From assembly GCA_965221955.1 (NCBI GenBank), contig CBDCTA010000018.1:64001-128000 (forward strand): DNA of 64,000 nucleotides. Reading direction: 5' to 3'. Made by a program: the position numbers and the translations under genes. This document shows positions 1 through 10,480 of this stretch, piece by piece. Source of the stretch: Gammaproteobacteria bacterium (GTDB lineage Bacteria > Pseudomonadota > Gammaproteobacteria > UBA4575). How positions within the stretch are numbered: position 1 is the stretch's first letter; each line of letters starts with the position of its first letter. Below the pieces are notes generated by a model. It ran no database searches and was not told where the DNA came from. It saw only the letters and a program-made list of their open reading frames with translations.

Positions 1-1
1 A

Positions 2-760
2 GACCAGCTTAGCAAAAGAAAAATAAAACAACCCTTGTGCACTTGGAGTGAGTTATCTGAAATGTCTAATAGTAGCTATGTAGATGTGCAGTGTCACTCC
101 CTAACCCACTCTAGAGTATTCACAGCTTTACAATTGACTGATTTTATACACCCTAAATTTGATACATATTTTTACGGAAATATAAACATACCTATAGCTT
201 CAGACGATAATCCCATAAACCCAAATCGTCTTATAAAGTACGGGGATATCGTTTTTAAAAATGACTCAAGAATGAAGTGTACTAGACGTTTTAAAGAAAA
301 TGTCAATCTTTCTAAATATATGAGAGCGTATGTTAAAAAAAATGGTGATAAAGAATTTTTTAACAACCCCAAGTGGAGGAAAGAATTAAAAAATCATTAT
401 GAAAAATGGGACAAAAACAAGCTAGGAGAATTCGAAACCAAGGAAGAAATGATTTCTGCAGTTCACTATGAATTTATAACTTCAAAACAAATATTACAAG
501 AAAGACTTAATACACAAATTACACATTTCTGCTACCCGTGGTTTGAAAGTAGCACTCTTTCAGATCAAATTGCAGGAGAAACTGGATATGAACATTTGTA
601 TTATAGTATGAATATACCTTACGACTATGACAAAAGTATAAAGTCTCACATGAAACATACTCGGATCTCTGAAGAATACCTTCTCAGACTACCAGGCAAA
701 GGCAGAGTGTCATATTCTTCTGTATGGACAAAGAAAATCAAGAACTACATAGCACATTAG
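2..760 (+). CDS. Polysaccharide deacetylase (CE4/NodB-like), 5'-truncated by window edge
   Basis: Frame is open from base 2 (DQLSKRKIKQPLCTWSELSEM); LxWxELxEM, HSLTH metal motif and HFCYPW motif; long insertion between the motifs. Confidence 0.75.
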   Translation, partial: DQLSKRKIKQPLCTWSELSEMSNSSYVDVQCHSLTHSRVFTALQLTDFIHPKFDTYFYGNINIPIASDDNPINPNRLIKYGDIVFKNDSRMKCTRRFKENVNLSKYMRAYVKKNGDKEFFNNPKWRKELKNHYEKWDKNKLGEFETKEEMISAVHYEFITSKQILQERLNTQITHFCYPWFESSTLSDQIAGETGYEHLYYSMNIPYDYDKSIKSHMKHTRISEEYLLRLPGKGRVSYSSVWTKKIKNYIAH

Positions 761-1917
761 GCTAAACGTTTGTGATCTTCGAGCAACAAATCATAAACTT
801 TTTGAATTTGGCTAACGGTATGAGTTACCAAATAATTGCTCTTAAGCTCAATTAATGAATTACTACTTATTTTTTTAGCAAATTTTGCATTAGATAATAT
901 ACGGCATATTGCTTGAGCAATTTGCTCAGGCCTTTTCGGTGCAACTAATAAAGCAGTTCTTTCATGCTCTAATATTTCAGGAATTCCACCGACGCTAGTA
1001 GCAACAATTGGTGTTTGCATAGCCATTCCCTCTAATACTGATACCGGACAACCTTCAGAATGCGAACATATAGTTAGAACATCTAACAGAGATAATATTT
1101 CCAATACATTGTTGCAGTGACCTAGAAATATAATATTAGAAGATATATTTAATTTATGTGCCTTCTGCTCAAGCTCCTCACGCAAGTCTCCTTCACCGAC
1201 GATGACAAAACATACTTCAGGAATTTCTTGTAATACGATGTGTGCAGCATCTAAAAAATCAAAATGCCCTTTGATAGAATTTAATCTACCAACAATACCC
1301 ACTAATTTCTTTTCGACAGGCAAATCTAATGATTTAGAGATAGCTAGTTTAGTATCGGCATCGAACGGTTGAATACAATTTTCTGGGATTCCGTTATAGA
1401 TCACATCTGTTCGGTTCTTATTTAAATATCGTTCATTTACCATGAATTTTTTTACAGCTTTGGACACTGCTATTCCTTTAGCAGTTATAGATGAAAGAAT
1501 CCAATCAGCGATTCTTTGGTAAATAGGAATTTTACTATCAATCATATGCTCATGAACGATCACAGGTATGCGTAAAAATAAGCCCACTATTCTTCCAAAA
1601 TTTGTAGCGCCGTAACCATGACAATGTAATATTTTAATATTGTTACGACGTATAATACGCATCAAATCAAAAATAATTCTTATATCAAATTTATTTCGCC
1701 CTAAGTAATCTGCATTTATTTCATGCTCATCAAGCAATTTACTACCTTCATTTCGTCCGCGAAACACACACAAAAATAATTTATATTTAGTATTAGAAAA
1801 CTCCGGCCACCATGTCATTAAAACACGGGTTCCACCATGTATTGGCGAGCCCTTCATGCTAATTTTGTCGTATATATGTAATACGTGAATTTTTTCGCCT
1901 TGATTCATATCAGTCAT
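757..1917 (-). CDS. Glycosyltransferase family 4
   Basis: VGRLNSIKG, SHSEGCPVSVLEGMA (EX7E) and VGGIPEI motifs of GT-B/GT4. Confidence 0.9.
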   Translation of the reverse strand: MTDMNQGEKIHVLHIYDKISMKGSPIHGGTRVLMTWWPEFSNTKYKLFLCVFRGRNEGSKLLDEHEINADYLGRNKFDIRIIFDLMRIIRRNNIKILHCHGYGATNFGRIVGLFLRIPVIVHEHMIDSKIPIYQRIADWILSSITAKGIAVSKAVKKFMVNERYLNKNRTDVIYNGIPENCIQPFDADTKLAISKSLDLPVEKKLVGIVGRLNSIKGHFDFLDAAHIVLQEIPEVCFVIVGEGDLREELEQKAHKLNISSNIIFLGHCNNVLEILSLLDVLTICSHSEGCPVSVLEGMAMQTPIVATSVGGIPEILEHERTALLVAPKRPEQIAQAICRILSNAKFAKKISSNSLIELKSNYLVTHTVSQIQKVYDLLLEDHKRLA

Positions 1918-1986
1918 TTTATTAATGAGTACTTATAACCTGTAATGTTACAAGGAAATCAAGTTACTGAGAGAAAACTAAATTTG

Positions 1987-2514
1987 TTATCTTCTCGTAA
2001 AAATAACTTTCCCAGGATTGCCTTGCACAATCGAGTTTTCAGGAATCTTTCCAGAAACAACAGAATTTGGAGTTATAATGCTTCTGCTTCCTATCTCAGA
2101 ACCGTCTAAAATTACACACCCTGAGCTAATCCAAACATCATCACCAATCGTAATTCCTTTTGAAGTTTGCTGTTGCTTGCAGATTGGAATATCCAAGTGA
2201 TCATAACTATAGTTAATACTCACAATGGATGCATTAGGTCCGATCATACAATCATCACCGATTTTGATACCTTTTTTATGTGATGCGATAAAAGTATGTG
2301 CTGCGATAGCGACATTAGAACCTATTATTAATGGACCATCAGGCGCCTTGATTTTACAAAATGAGCTAATCACAGAACCTTTACCTATAGACAAGAAAGA
2401 AGTGAGTTCTACTTCTGATCGTGGACTAACCTTACATTTAAATTTAAGCCAACATTTTAACGTTACAAAAAACGGGGGCACAAAAAATCTGCGTAAAATT
2501 GTCGTAACATTCAT
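1987..2514 (-). CDS. Hexapeptide-repeat (left-handed beta-helix) acyltransferase
   Basis: Repeated IGxx hexapeptides (IGDDCMIGPN, IGDDVWISSGCVILDG) and C-terminal GNPGKVI. Confidence 0.88.
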   Translation of the reverse strand: MNVTTILRRFFVPPFFVTLKCWLKFKCKVSPRSEVELTSFLSIGKGSVISSFCKIKAPDGPLIIGSNVAIAAHTFIASHKKGIKIGDDCMIGPNASIVSINYSYDHLDIPICKQQQTSKGITIGDDVWISSGCVILDGSEIGSRSIITPNSVVSGKIPENSIVQGNPGKVIFTRR

Positions 2515-2519
2515 TAAAG

Positions 2520-2762
2520 TTAACTGCGTTCAGCAATAATACTTTTAATTTCATCCACGCTTAGCATGGACTGAATCTCTTTCATCGATAACTTTATTTT
2601 GTATTCATCCTCTATAGCTGTTACTAATTTAAGATGATTCATCGAATCCCATTGGTCAATATTATCTGGAGTATCTTGATCACTAATACTTCCTTCATCT
2701 ACACCAAATATCTCTGAAATTATTTGTTCAACCGATCTACTCATAGTTTCCCCAGCCTTCAT
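2520..2762 (-). CDS. Acyl/aminoacyl carrier protein (start may be ATG at 2744)
   Basis: Small acidic protein with WDSMNHL phosphopantetheine-attachment Ser motif. Confidence 0.85.
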   Translation of the reverse strand: MKAGETMSRSVEQIISEIFGVDEGSISDQDTPDNIDQWDSMNHLKLVTAIEDEYKIKLSMKEIQSMLSVDEIKSIIAERS

Positions 2763-3041
2763 TCATATTCATGTTGTATATAAATATTCTCATAAATTAC
2801 ATTCACAACCTTTTCATACAAATACTAAATCAACTTTAAATCCAAACCATAACTCACTGTAATATATTTATATTAAGTTTAGCCATAATAATATACTGGT
2901 AATTGTTATAAAAACTATCTTCCAAAACCTATTAAATAAACTTTTAATAAATTAATATTTTATTAGACCATGACCTAAAACAATGATATGAATCATATAC
3001 TAAAAGTAGATTGCTATTATGTGAATTAGTTAGACAGTTTC

Positions 3042-4019
3042 ATGAAAAAAGTTGTTGTTTTTGGAAACGGCAAAATAGCCGCCGAATGCTTAAAATTATT
3101 AACCGAAACTCAAGGAGTTGAGATCCGGTTAGTTTTATATAATCCAAACGATCCTTCACTTATAAGTCCAATTCGTACATTTTGTGAGAAGCACTCTATT
3201 CACTCAGAAGCTATTGGCTCAACTATTTTACCAAGCGTGACTGAACTTATTAGAGAAAAAAATCCGGATATTATTTTTAATATAAACAGTCACAACATAT
3301 TCGATAAAAAAATTCTTGATATACCTAAGATAGGCGCTATTAACTTTCACAATGGCCCTTTACCCAAATACAGAGGGCCAGGGTATGTAATTCCAAGTTG
3401 GGCAATATTCAATCAAGAGCATGAACATGGAGTAACTTGGCACTTTATGGATGAAGGAATTGATACGGGCGACATCATCGCACAAGATAAATTTTACCTA
3501 TCTAATAAAGAAACTGCATTAGAATTAAATTTCAAATGCATTACCGCAGGCATTAAGTTATTTGAAAAAAATATTGATGACATATTATCAGACAACTGTA
3601 ATCGAACTTCTCAAAAAGGACCTTCTTCTACATACTTTTCCTCTCAAATTCCTAATAATGGCTATATTGATTTTAATTGGCCATATCACAAGATTGATGC
3701 TTTCCTTAGAGCAACGGATTATAGGCCATATCAAAATCTATTTACGTATGCCAAAGTAAAATACAAAAACAATATATTTATAGTAAATACTGCATCGCTT
3801 CATAAACTAACCCATCACAACTATCAAAATGGTGAAATAATCAGCCTCTCTAGTAATTATTTACGTATCGCTGCAAATGATTCAATTTTAGACATAACAA
3901 AAGTTATGCATAAAGAAGACGATGAAATCTCTATTGAAAAACTTATTAAGGATTATCATATTTCCGAAGGAGATGTATTAAATTACAATTACTCAGATAA
4001 ATTCGAATTAGCATCATAG
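3042..4019 (+). CDS. N10-formyl-THF-dependent formyltransferase (Fmt/ArnA-like)
   Basis: INFHNGPLPKYRG and TWHFMDEGIDTGDII formyltransferase motifs, plus C-terminal Fmt-type domain. Confidence 0.88.
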   Translation: MKKVVVFGNGKIAAECLKLLTETQGVEIRLVLYNPNDPSLISPIRTFCEKHSIHSEAIGSTILPSVTELIREKNPDIIFNINSHNIFDKKILDIPKIGAINFHNGPLPKYRGPGYVIPSWAIFNQEHEHGVTWHFMDEGIDTGDIIAQDKFYLSNKETALELNFKCITAGIKLFEKNIDDILSDNCNRTSQKGPSSTYFSSQIPNNGYIDFNWPYHKIDAFLRATDYRPYQNLFTYAKVKYKNNIFIVNTASLHKLTHHNYQNGEIISLSSNYLRIAANDSILDITKVMHKEDDEISIEKLIKDYHISEGDVLNYNYSDKFELAS

Positions 4020-5564
4020 CTCCGCAAGTTTCTTCCGATCAATTTTGCCATTAAGATTCAATGGAAGTTTTGACATGAAATTAACATCTCTTGGCACCAT
4101 GTATGCAGGTAGTTTACCTGCCAAAAATTTTAACAATTGATCCGAATCAGCCTCCTCTCCCTCAATATACAATTTCAGATAAACTTTATCTTGATCATCT
4201 TTAGTTGGGACTACAGCCACGAGATTTACCTGAGTATACTCTCTTGTTAAGTGTTCAATCTCTTCCAACTCTATGCGGTGCCCGTCTATTTTTATTTGAA
4301 AATCTTTTCTACCACAATAAATATAATTTCCATGACTATTTATATAACATAAATCTCCAGTAAGATAAGCAATCTCATCAATCCCTAAAGTATTCGGTTT
4401 AATAAACACTTGCTTTGATTTTTCAGCATTATTCCAATAACTGTTCGTTACTTGATCACCCCATAAACATAATTCACCAATTTCTCCATTAGGAACATGA
4501 TTCAAATCATTATCTACAATTGCAGCATTAGTATTCTTAAACATTTTCCCAAACGTGAGCACTCCGTTTGATATATCTTCTGAAGAAATATTTATACTCC
4601 AGTCAAAGACGGTACATATGATAGTAGCTTCAGAAGGGCCATATGAATTATGTATAATAGAATTAGGCACGCATTTTGACCAACCTTCTACTAATCTGTG
4701 AATGAGTGATTCGCCCGCAAAAATACAATAACGCATCGCTTCTAGTCTTAACTCTGAAAAAAATCTCTCTATATATGACAAGACCGAAGGTACCATGAAC
4801 GCTACGGTAATATTATTCTCATCTAGTGTTTTTAAAATATTCAGATAAATAACACCTTTAGTTGGCACAATGTAACAGCATGCTCCTAAACAAAGTGGTG
4901 TAAAAAAAGAAACCACAGACATATCAAAACTTAATTGAAACATCTGCATAAACCGATCATTCTCATTAAAATCGTAATTGTTTTTATCTAACATTGTTAA
5001 CATGAAGCTATTAATATTTTCATGATAAATTGGAACACCTTTCGGCTTTCCCGTACTACCTGATGTGAACAATAAATAGAACATCTGATTCAAACTAACA
5101 TCGTCAGCGATGAGATCAAACTCACTCTCTTGCATCTCTTGTGTATAAAAAATGTTTAGCTCGTATGACGCATCACTATGTGCCTTAATCAAGGCATCAT
5201 GATACTTCGATGCAAGAACTAGCTTTAACTTAGTATCATTAATGATTGTTAAATTACGATCTGCAGGATTGTTTTCATTAATAGGCACATAGGCCGCACC
5301 CACTGCCAAAATAGCTATGATCGACGCATAGGTATACACATCATCCCCACTCAATACACCAATAATTTCTTCTTTATTGTAGCCACTTGCTACAATATTT
5401 TGCTTTATAGAATTAGCAATCCTAGTAAATTCTCTATAACTGTAATATTTCCCACGCGCATAAACCGCATGCTTGTCTGGACTTCTTTTACTATTCTCAA
5501 CTATTTTATTGATAATATAATTGGATGGCATTTTTGTATTACTTAAATCTATTATGAAGTGCAA
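4014..5564 (-). CDS. Stand-alone amino acid adenylation enzyme (DltA/NRPS A-domain-like); likely start ATG 5531
   Basis: A-domain core motifs YLLFTSGSTGKPKG, FDMSV, NSYGPSE, GELCLWG, YLTGDL, GRKDFQIKIDGHRIELEEIE, NGKIDR; no fused T or C domain. Confidence 0.9.
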   Translation of the reverse strand: MHFIIDLSNTKMPSNYIINKIVENSKRSPDKHAVYARGKYYSYREFTRIANSIKQNIVASGYNKEEIIGVLSGDDVYTYASIIAILAVGAAYVPINENNPADRNLTIINDTKLKLVLASKYHDALIKAHSDASYELNIFYTQEMQESEFDLIADDVSLNQMFYLLFTSGSTGKPKGVPIYHENINSFMLTMLDKNNYDFNENDRFMQMFQLSFDMSVVSFFTPLCLGACCYIVPTKGVIYLNILKTLDENNITVAFMVPSVLSYIERFFSELRLEAMRYCIFAGESLIHRLVEGWSKCVPNSIIHNSYGPSEATIICTVFDWSINISSEDISNGVLTFGKMFKNTNAAIVDNDLNHVPNGEIGELCLWGDQVTNSYWNNAEKSKQVFIKPNTLGIDEIAYLTGDLCYINSHGNYIYCGRKDFQIKIDGHRIELEEIEHLTREYTQVNLVAVVPTKDDQDKVYLKLYIEGEEADSDQLLKFLAGKLPAYMVPRDVNFMSKLPLNLNGKIDRKKLAEL

Positions 5565-5759
5565 TAATAGTGCATAAATACCTAAATTGTCTGTTTGTTC
5601 ATATTTATTATGAGATCATACGCACATAATAAATTTGTATCTTAATGCTGAGATTGAGACTTTTTGCAAAGCACTATTCATAAATTATAAGTATAGTATT
5701 TAATCACTTAGTAACACTGATATTTGCAGAAATCATCACTTCTACTGATAAATAAAAAA

Positions 5760-6758
5760 ATGGATAATTTTTGGGAAAATAGAAAAGTCTTGGTCACAGG
5801 TGCAGGAGGATTTACCGGCAGCAACTTATGCAACACTTTAGCAAGTAAAAATGCTGATGTTACTGCTTTTCTAAGAAAAAATGGTTCAAAACGCAATCTA
5901 GATTCAAAAATTAGAATTTATACAGGGGATCTCACTAATAGCTATGATTGCGATCAAGCTGCTCAGGGTATAGATACGATATTCAATATAGCTGCAATAT
6001 TCAGAAATGTTAAAGGGTCAGAACAACAGCTAAGAGATATCCACGTTCATGCTACTGAAAATCTAATGCGTGCTGCAAAAACAGCCGGCTGTCGTCGCTT
6101 CATTCACACCAGCACTATGGGCGTTCACGGACACGTTAAAAATGGCCCTGGTAACGAAGAAACAGAATTCTCACCTGGAGATGCTTACCAAGAGACAAAA
6201 GTAGAAGGTGAGTTATTAGCATTTAAATTAGCTAAAGAATTACCGATAGACCTATGTGTAATCAGACCGTGCGGAATCTATGGCCCAGGCGATACTCGTT
6301 TCCTTAAGTTAGTAAAGCCTATTAAAAAAGGACAATTCTTTATGATAGGAAGCGGTGAAACACACTATCATTTTGTCCATATAGATGATTTAGTAAATGG
6401 TTATTTATTAGCGGGCGAAAAAGAACATGCAATCGGTGAAGCATTTTTAATTGGCGGTGAAGAGGCACCTACTTTGAACGAACTCGCCAGAAAAATTGCT
6501 GAAATACAGAATGTGTCACCACCAAAATTTAAAATACCTGTATGGCCAATATATTACGCAGGCTGGTTGTGTGAAATTTTATTCGGCCTATTTAATATTG
6601 AACCCATTTTGCATCGCCGACGTGTAGCCTTTTTTACAAAAAATAGGCACTTCTCTATAAAAAAAGCACAAAATTTATTGGGCTACCAACCCGAGGTAAA
6701 TTTGGAAAAAGGGCTAAAGTCACTAATTGATTGGTATGAGAGTGAAGAACTAATTTAA
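5760..6758 (+). CDS. NAD-dependent epimerase/dehydratase (extended SDR)
   Basis: TGAGGFTG Rossmann motif, YQETK catalytic motif, RPCGIYGPGD; ATG 5760 preferred over the upstream TTG at 5724. Confidence 0.88.
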   Translation: MDNFWENRKVLVTGAGGFTGSNLCNTLASKNADVTAFLRKNGSKRNLDSKIRIYTGDLTNSYDCDQAAQGIDTIFNIAAIFRNVKGSEQQLRDIHVHATENLMRAAKTAGCRRFIHTSTMGVHGHVKNGPGNEETEFSPGDAYQETKVEGELLAFKLAKELPIDLCVIRPCGIYGPGDTRFLKLVKPIKKGQFFMIGSGETHYHFVHIDDLVNGYLLAGEKEHAIGEAFLIGGEEAPTLNELARKIAEIQNVSPPKFKIPVWPIYYAGWLCEILFGLFNIEPILHRRRVAFFTKNRHFSIKKAQNLLGYQPEVNLEKGLKSLIDWYESEELI

Positions 6759-6781
6759 GCTAGAGAACTATAGGGAAATTA

Positions 6782-8341
6782 CTAGGAAACTATATGCAAC
6801 TTTTTTGATATATTTTCTAACTGCACTTTCATTTGATTATCACTCCAGTTAAATTTATTAGCCATCTCTTTTGCAATTTTCTCGAGATTTTGTCTACCTA
6901 AATAACCTCGTTTAGCTAAATTATTTCTTCGCAAAACGTAATCTTCTAGATTAAATACCATCTCTGCTTCAATAGTATAAGAAATATGCTTATACATATT
7001 CTTCAAATAAATTGTGTTTATTTTATCTTGACTAATTATTGGCTGAAGACATAGATCATCAATATTTGAAAATATACTCTTATATTCTTGCAAAGAGTAA
7101 TTAGATATAGGTATTTTTTTAGCCTTATAATTAATACGATCAACGACCATATCAACTACTCGTGATGCTGTACTACGTGCAGTAGTATATTTTACTCCAA
7201 TTACCGAAATTAAATTATCAATGTTATCTACTCTAGCATGGTCAATTATATTAGTACGATGAGAACGTGAAGATCTATCATTAGCTGATGATTGTTCAGC
7301 TGGTGTAAAGCCTGAATATATATAGTTAACTTTATCCTGGCTTAAGTTTATTGAAGGATAGGCTTCGTTAATTTCATCCATAAACCCAGGTAGTTCAGAT
7401 GACACATCAGTATCCATTTCCTTGCTAATATCATGTTCAAAATGCGCTGTGCCAATCACAGTCTTATTTAGCCATGGGGTAAAAAAATACACTCGCTTAC
7501 TTTCACCGATCACCGCATCTGAGGCACGATTACTTTTAACACCAAAAGCAAAATCTTTCCTTATACTATCAATTACAATATTAAAGTTTTTCGTTAGCGG
7601 CTGAAAATTGTATTCATCAGTTCCAATACTAGATTTTAATAGCCTATAAGCCCATGGACCGGCAGCATTAATGATTTGCGAAGCTTTGATATCAAAATGA
7701 CGCCCTGTGACCATATCTTTGACATGTACACCTATAGATTTTTTGGAGGCAATTAATAGTTCATCAGCACGCAAATAATTTGCTAGACACAATCCCTGAC
7801 GATGAGCATCTTTTAACAGCTCTATATGTAATCGATCTGCATCAACTATTTGGCCATCGTACCAAACCGCACCACCTTTAATATTTTCACCATTTATTTC
7901 AGGTAATAACTGTTGGTAGTCGGCTTTAGAAATCAAATATCCATTAGGATAAGCTCTCTTTTTATTTTGCATGGCTGCAACTAAATTATGCATATTGATG
8001 GCCGCTCCTAGAGCTAGTGGCCCTCTAGATCCATATCCATAAGCAGGTAATATAAATTTAAGCGGTTTAATAAGCTTATTTGATATTTGTACCCACCTCT
8101 CACGTTCTTGAACTGACTCAAATACTCGTTTCAAATTGAGATGTTGGAAATAGCGAATTCCACCATGGATAATTTTTAAAGAATTGTGTGAAGTGCCGCT
8201 ACCAAAGTCATTAGCATCTATAAGACAAACTTTAAGTCCACGTAATACTGCATCTCGCGCAACAGAAATTCCATATATGCCCGCACCTATAACCAAAAGA
8301 TCAAATTGGTCATGCTCCAACTGATCAAGATTACGTTGCAT
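6782..8341 (-). CDS. FAD-dependent glycerol-3-phosphate dehydrogenase/oxidase-like protein
   Basis: IGAGIYG FAD motif, DFGSGTSHNSLKIIHGGIRY, INAAGPW, GVKYTTAR motifs typical of the GlpD/GlpA family. Confidence 0.82.
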   Translation of the reverse strand: MQRNLDQLEHDQFDLLVIGAGIYGISVARDAVLRGLKVCLIDANDFGSGTSHNSLKIIHGGIRYFQHLNLKRVFESVQERERWVQISNKLIKPLKFILPAYGYGSRGPLALGAAINMHNLVAAMQNKKRAYPNGYLISKADYQQLLPEINGENIKGGAVWYDGQIVDADRLHIELLKDAHRQGLCLANYLRADELLIASKKSIGVHVKDMVTGRHFDIKASQIINAAGPWAYRLLKSSIGTDEYNFQPLTKNFNIVIDSIRKDFAFGVKSNRASDAVIGESKRVYFFTPWLNKTVIGTAHFEHDISKEMDTDVSSELPGFMDEINEAYPSINLSQDKVNYIYSGFTPAEQSSANDRSSRSHRTNIIDHARVDNIDNLISVIGVKYTTARSTASRVVDMVVDRINYKAKKIPISNYSLQEYKSIFSNIDDLCLQPIISQDKINTIYLKNMYKHISYTIEAEMVFNLEDYVLRRNNLAKRGYLGRQNLEKIAKEMANKFNWSDNQMKVQLENISKKLHIVS

Positions 8342-8379
8342 AAAAATTTATAACATTAATCAATTTCTAAAAAAAATTG

Positions 8380-9141
8380 TTATTTTCGACAAAATGCCAT
8401 TAAGTGATGCCCGGTTCTACTAATTAAAGATTTTGGAAGCATATTATACGAGTCAACAAAAATTTTATTATATAAAAGTGCTTTTAAACCGCTGTGTACT
8501 TTTGTTGCTACCGGAAACCTTTCAGGAACTATTTCTACTGTAGAAAACAGTTTCAACATATTTTCAAACTCATTTATAGAGTACATGTAAAAAACTGGGG
8601 CATCTAAGTGATCAATTTTAACTTTCATTAATTTATGCATGAAATTTAACCAAGATTTACGATTTACAGTCATCAGTATCGCTTCACCACCAGGTTTAAG
8701 CACTCGGTTAATCTCATTAATCATTTTTTGTGGGTTAGGAGTAAAATGCAAAACTGTATGACAATAAACCATATCAAAACTATTATCAGGAAATTCCATT
8801 TTCTCCCCATCCATAACTTGGAAACTACCTTGCAATTTACGCATCGCAAAATTATTTTTTGCCAAATCGATGGAGTGAGCTGCAAGATCAATACCCGTTA
8901 CCTCCGCACCACCTTTTGCAAAACGTGTAAGATCATTTCCAGTACCACAGCCTACATCAAGAATTTTTTTGTCTTTATAACCAGAAAAGTTAACTACTTT
9001 GGGTAAATAATGGAGTTTTTCGAATCTGTATTCTTCAATTTCTTGAAAAAACTCTAATGTCCCTGCCGGGCTTTTAGCCACTTTCCAATCATGCACATGA
9101 TTGTTCCAGAACTCACGTACTTCCTCTTTAACCATGACCAC
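8380..9141 (-). CDS. Class I SAM-dependent methyltransferase
   Basis: ILDVGCGTG, FPDNSFDMV and RVLKPGG motifs. Confidence 0.9.
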   Translation of the reverse strand: MVMVKEEVREFWNNHVHDWKVAKSPAGTLEFFQEIEEYRFEKLHYLPKVVNFSGYKDKKILDVGCGTGNDLTRFAKGGAEVTGIDLAAHSIDLAKNNFAMRKLQGSFQVMDGEKMEFPDNSFDMVYCHTVLHFTPNPQKMINEINRVLKPGGEAILMTVNRKSWLNFMHKLMKVKIDHLDAPVFYMYSINEFENMLKLFSTVEIVPERFPVATKVHSGLKALLYNKIFVDSYNMLPKSLISRTGHHLMAFCRK

Positions 9142-9156
9142 TTGAATATATTAAAT

Positions 9157-10344
9157 TTATGAATGTTCTATCTGATCTATCGCAGCATAAAGCTTGCTCA
9201 CTTTATGCATGTAGATTTCATCAGAATATTTTATTTCTGCAAGCTGTTGAGCTGCTCGTGCCTTTTCATCACCCAACGCTGGATTCTTAATTAACTCCGT
9301 CATACCTTGATTTAAACCCTCTTTATTTGGTGGCACTAATATAGCAACCTTTTTATTTAACACCTGAGTATGAGTAAGTATATTGGTAGCAACAATAGGT
9401 TTTCCTGAGCGCAAATATCCATAAATCTTTAAAGGCGTATTCGTCCCTGTACATCTTGGTGAAACAATAATATCTGCCGATTGAATATAAGATGGTATTT
9501 CTGATGGGTGCACAGTGCCAGTGAACAAAATTGATTGATCAATACCTAAGCTTATAGCTAACTTTGTATAATTTTGAATTTGTTCATCACGACCGCCAAC
9601 TAAAATCAAAAAGGCGTGAGGATTCTTATCTAAGGTGCCATTGAATGCATTAAATAATATATCGATACCTTGATAAGCTTCAAATGTACCTGTATACAAA
9701 ATAATTTTTCTATCTTGTAAAGAGTAAAGCTCTCTTATATTTTTAACATTATTTGAAAAAACTTTACTATCATCAGCAGTATTTTCTATCAGCTCATGCG
9801 GTGTATTTAAATTAAAACTCTCGACTAAATTAGCCAGCTCAGGACATATAGTAATCACTGCGTCACAACTATTAAGTACTTTGCTTTCAAAATATTCAAA
9901 GAATTTTTTTAAAAAAATGAAATTGAATGCACCAAAGTTTTCCAACTGCTGTGGAAGACTACTATGCATATCATAAACATGCAGCATGTTATATTTTTTT
10001 GCAAAATACATAGCAAAGAATGCAGCTTCTTCATGAGAATGAATCACATCATATTTGTTTTTTTTGAGTAACTTTCTAGCAGTAAAATATAGACTAATAT
10101 CTAAAAATATTTTTTTCACAGATGGGCCTATTTTTACATCATTGATGATTCCGTAATTACTAGATCTTATAATTTTTAGGCCATCAAATTCGATATCCTC
10201 ACCAAATGGGTAAGTTACCATATCTACTTTAAATCCCATTTCACATAATGCTCGCACACGATGTAATACGCTGAAAGGAGTTCCACGCGCCCTGAAGTAA
10301 GGCTGTGGAGTTAGCATTAGGACTCGATTATTATTAGCAGGCAT
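9157..10344 (-). CDS. Glycosyltransferase family 4
   Basis: YTGTFEAYQGID, NTPLKIYGYLRSGKPIVAT GT-B C-terminal motifs. Confidence 0.85.
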   Translation of the reverse strand: MPANNNRVLMLTPQPYFRARGTPFSVLHRVRALCEMGFKVDMVTYPFGEDIEFDGLKIIRSSNYGIINDVKIGPSVKKIFLDISLYFTARKLLKKNKYDVIHSHEEAAFFAMYFAKKYNMLHVYDMHSSLPQQLENFGAFNFIFLKKFFEYFESKVLNSCDAVITICPELANLVESFNLNTPHELIENTADDSKVFSNNVKNIRELYSLQDRKIILYTGTFEAYQGIDILFNAFNGTLDKNPHAFLILVGGRDEQIQNYTKLAISLGIDQSILFTGTVHPSEIPSYIQSADIIVSPRCTGTNTPLKIYGYLRSGKPIVATNILTHTQVLNKKVAILVPPNKEGLNQGMTELIKNPALGDEKARAAQQLAEIKYSDEIYMHKVSKLYAAIDQIEHS

Positions 10345-10480
10345 GGAAAAATATTTTGTATCCGACTCAAAAAAATAGTGGTACCAGATAAATTGAAATA
10401 CGATAAACAGTGGTTAGCATAATATGCAAAGCTGATCGCTTTTACGGAACTGGACTACACGACTCGCAGACCCACTCAAT

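Noticed and set aside
3042-4019. Housekeeping methionyl-tRNA formyltransferase (fmt)
   Set aside because: Lacks the FMGTPxF and HxSLLPxxRG signatures and the def-fmt-rsmB context.
2520-5564. Canonical dlt operon or secondary-metabolite NRPS cluster
   Set aside because: No dltB/dltD, condensation or thioesterase genes in view; genes are on mixed strands within an EPS locus of a Gram-negative organism.
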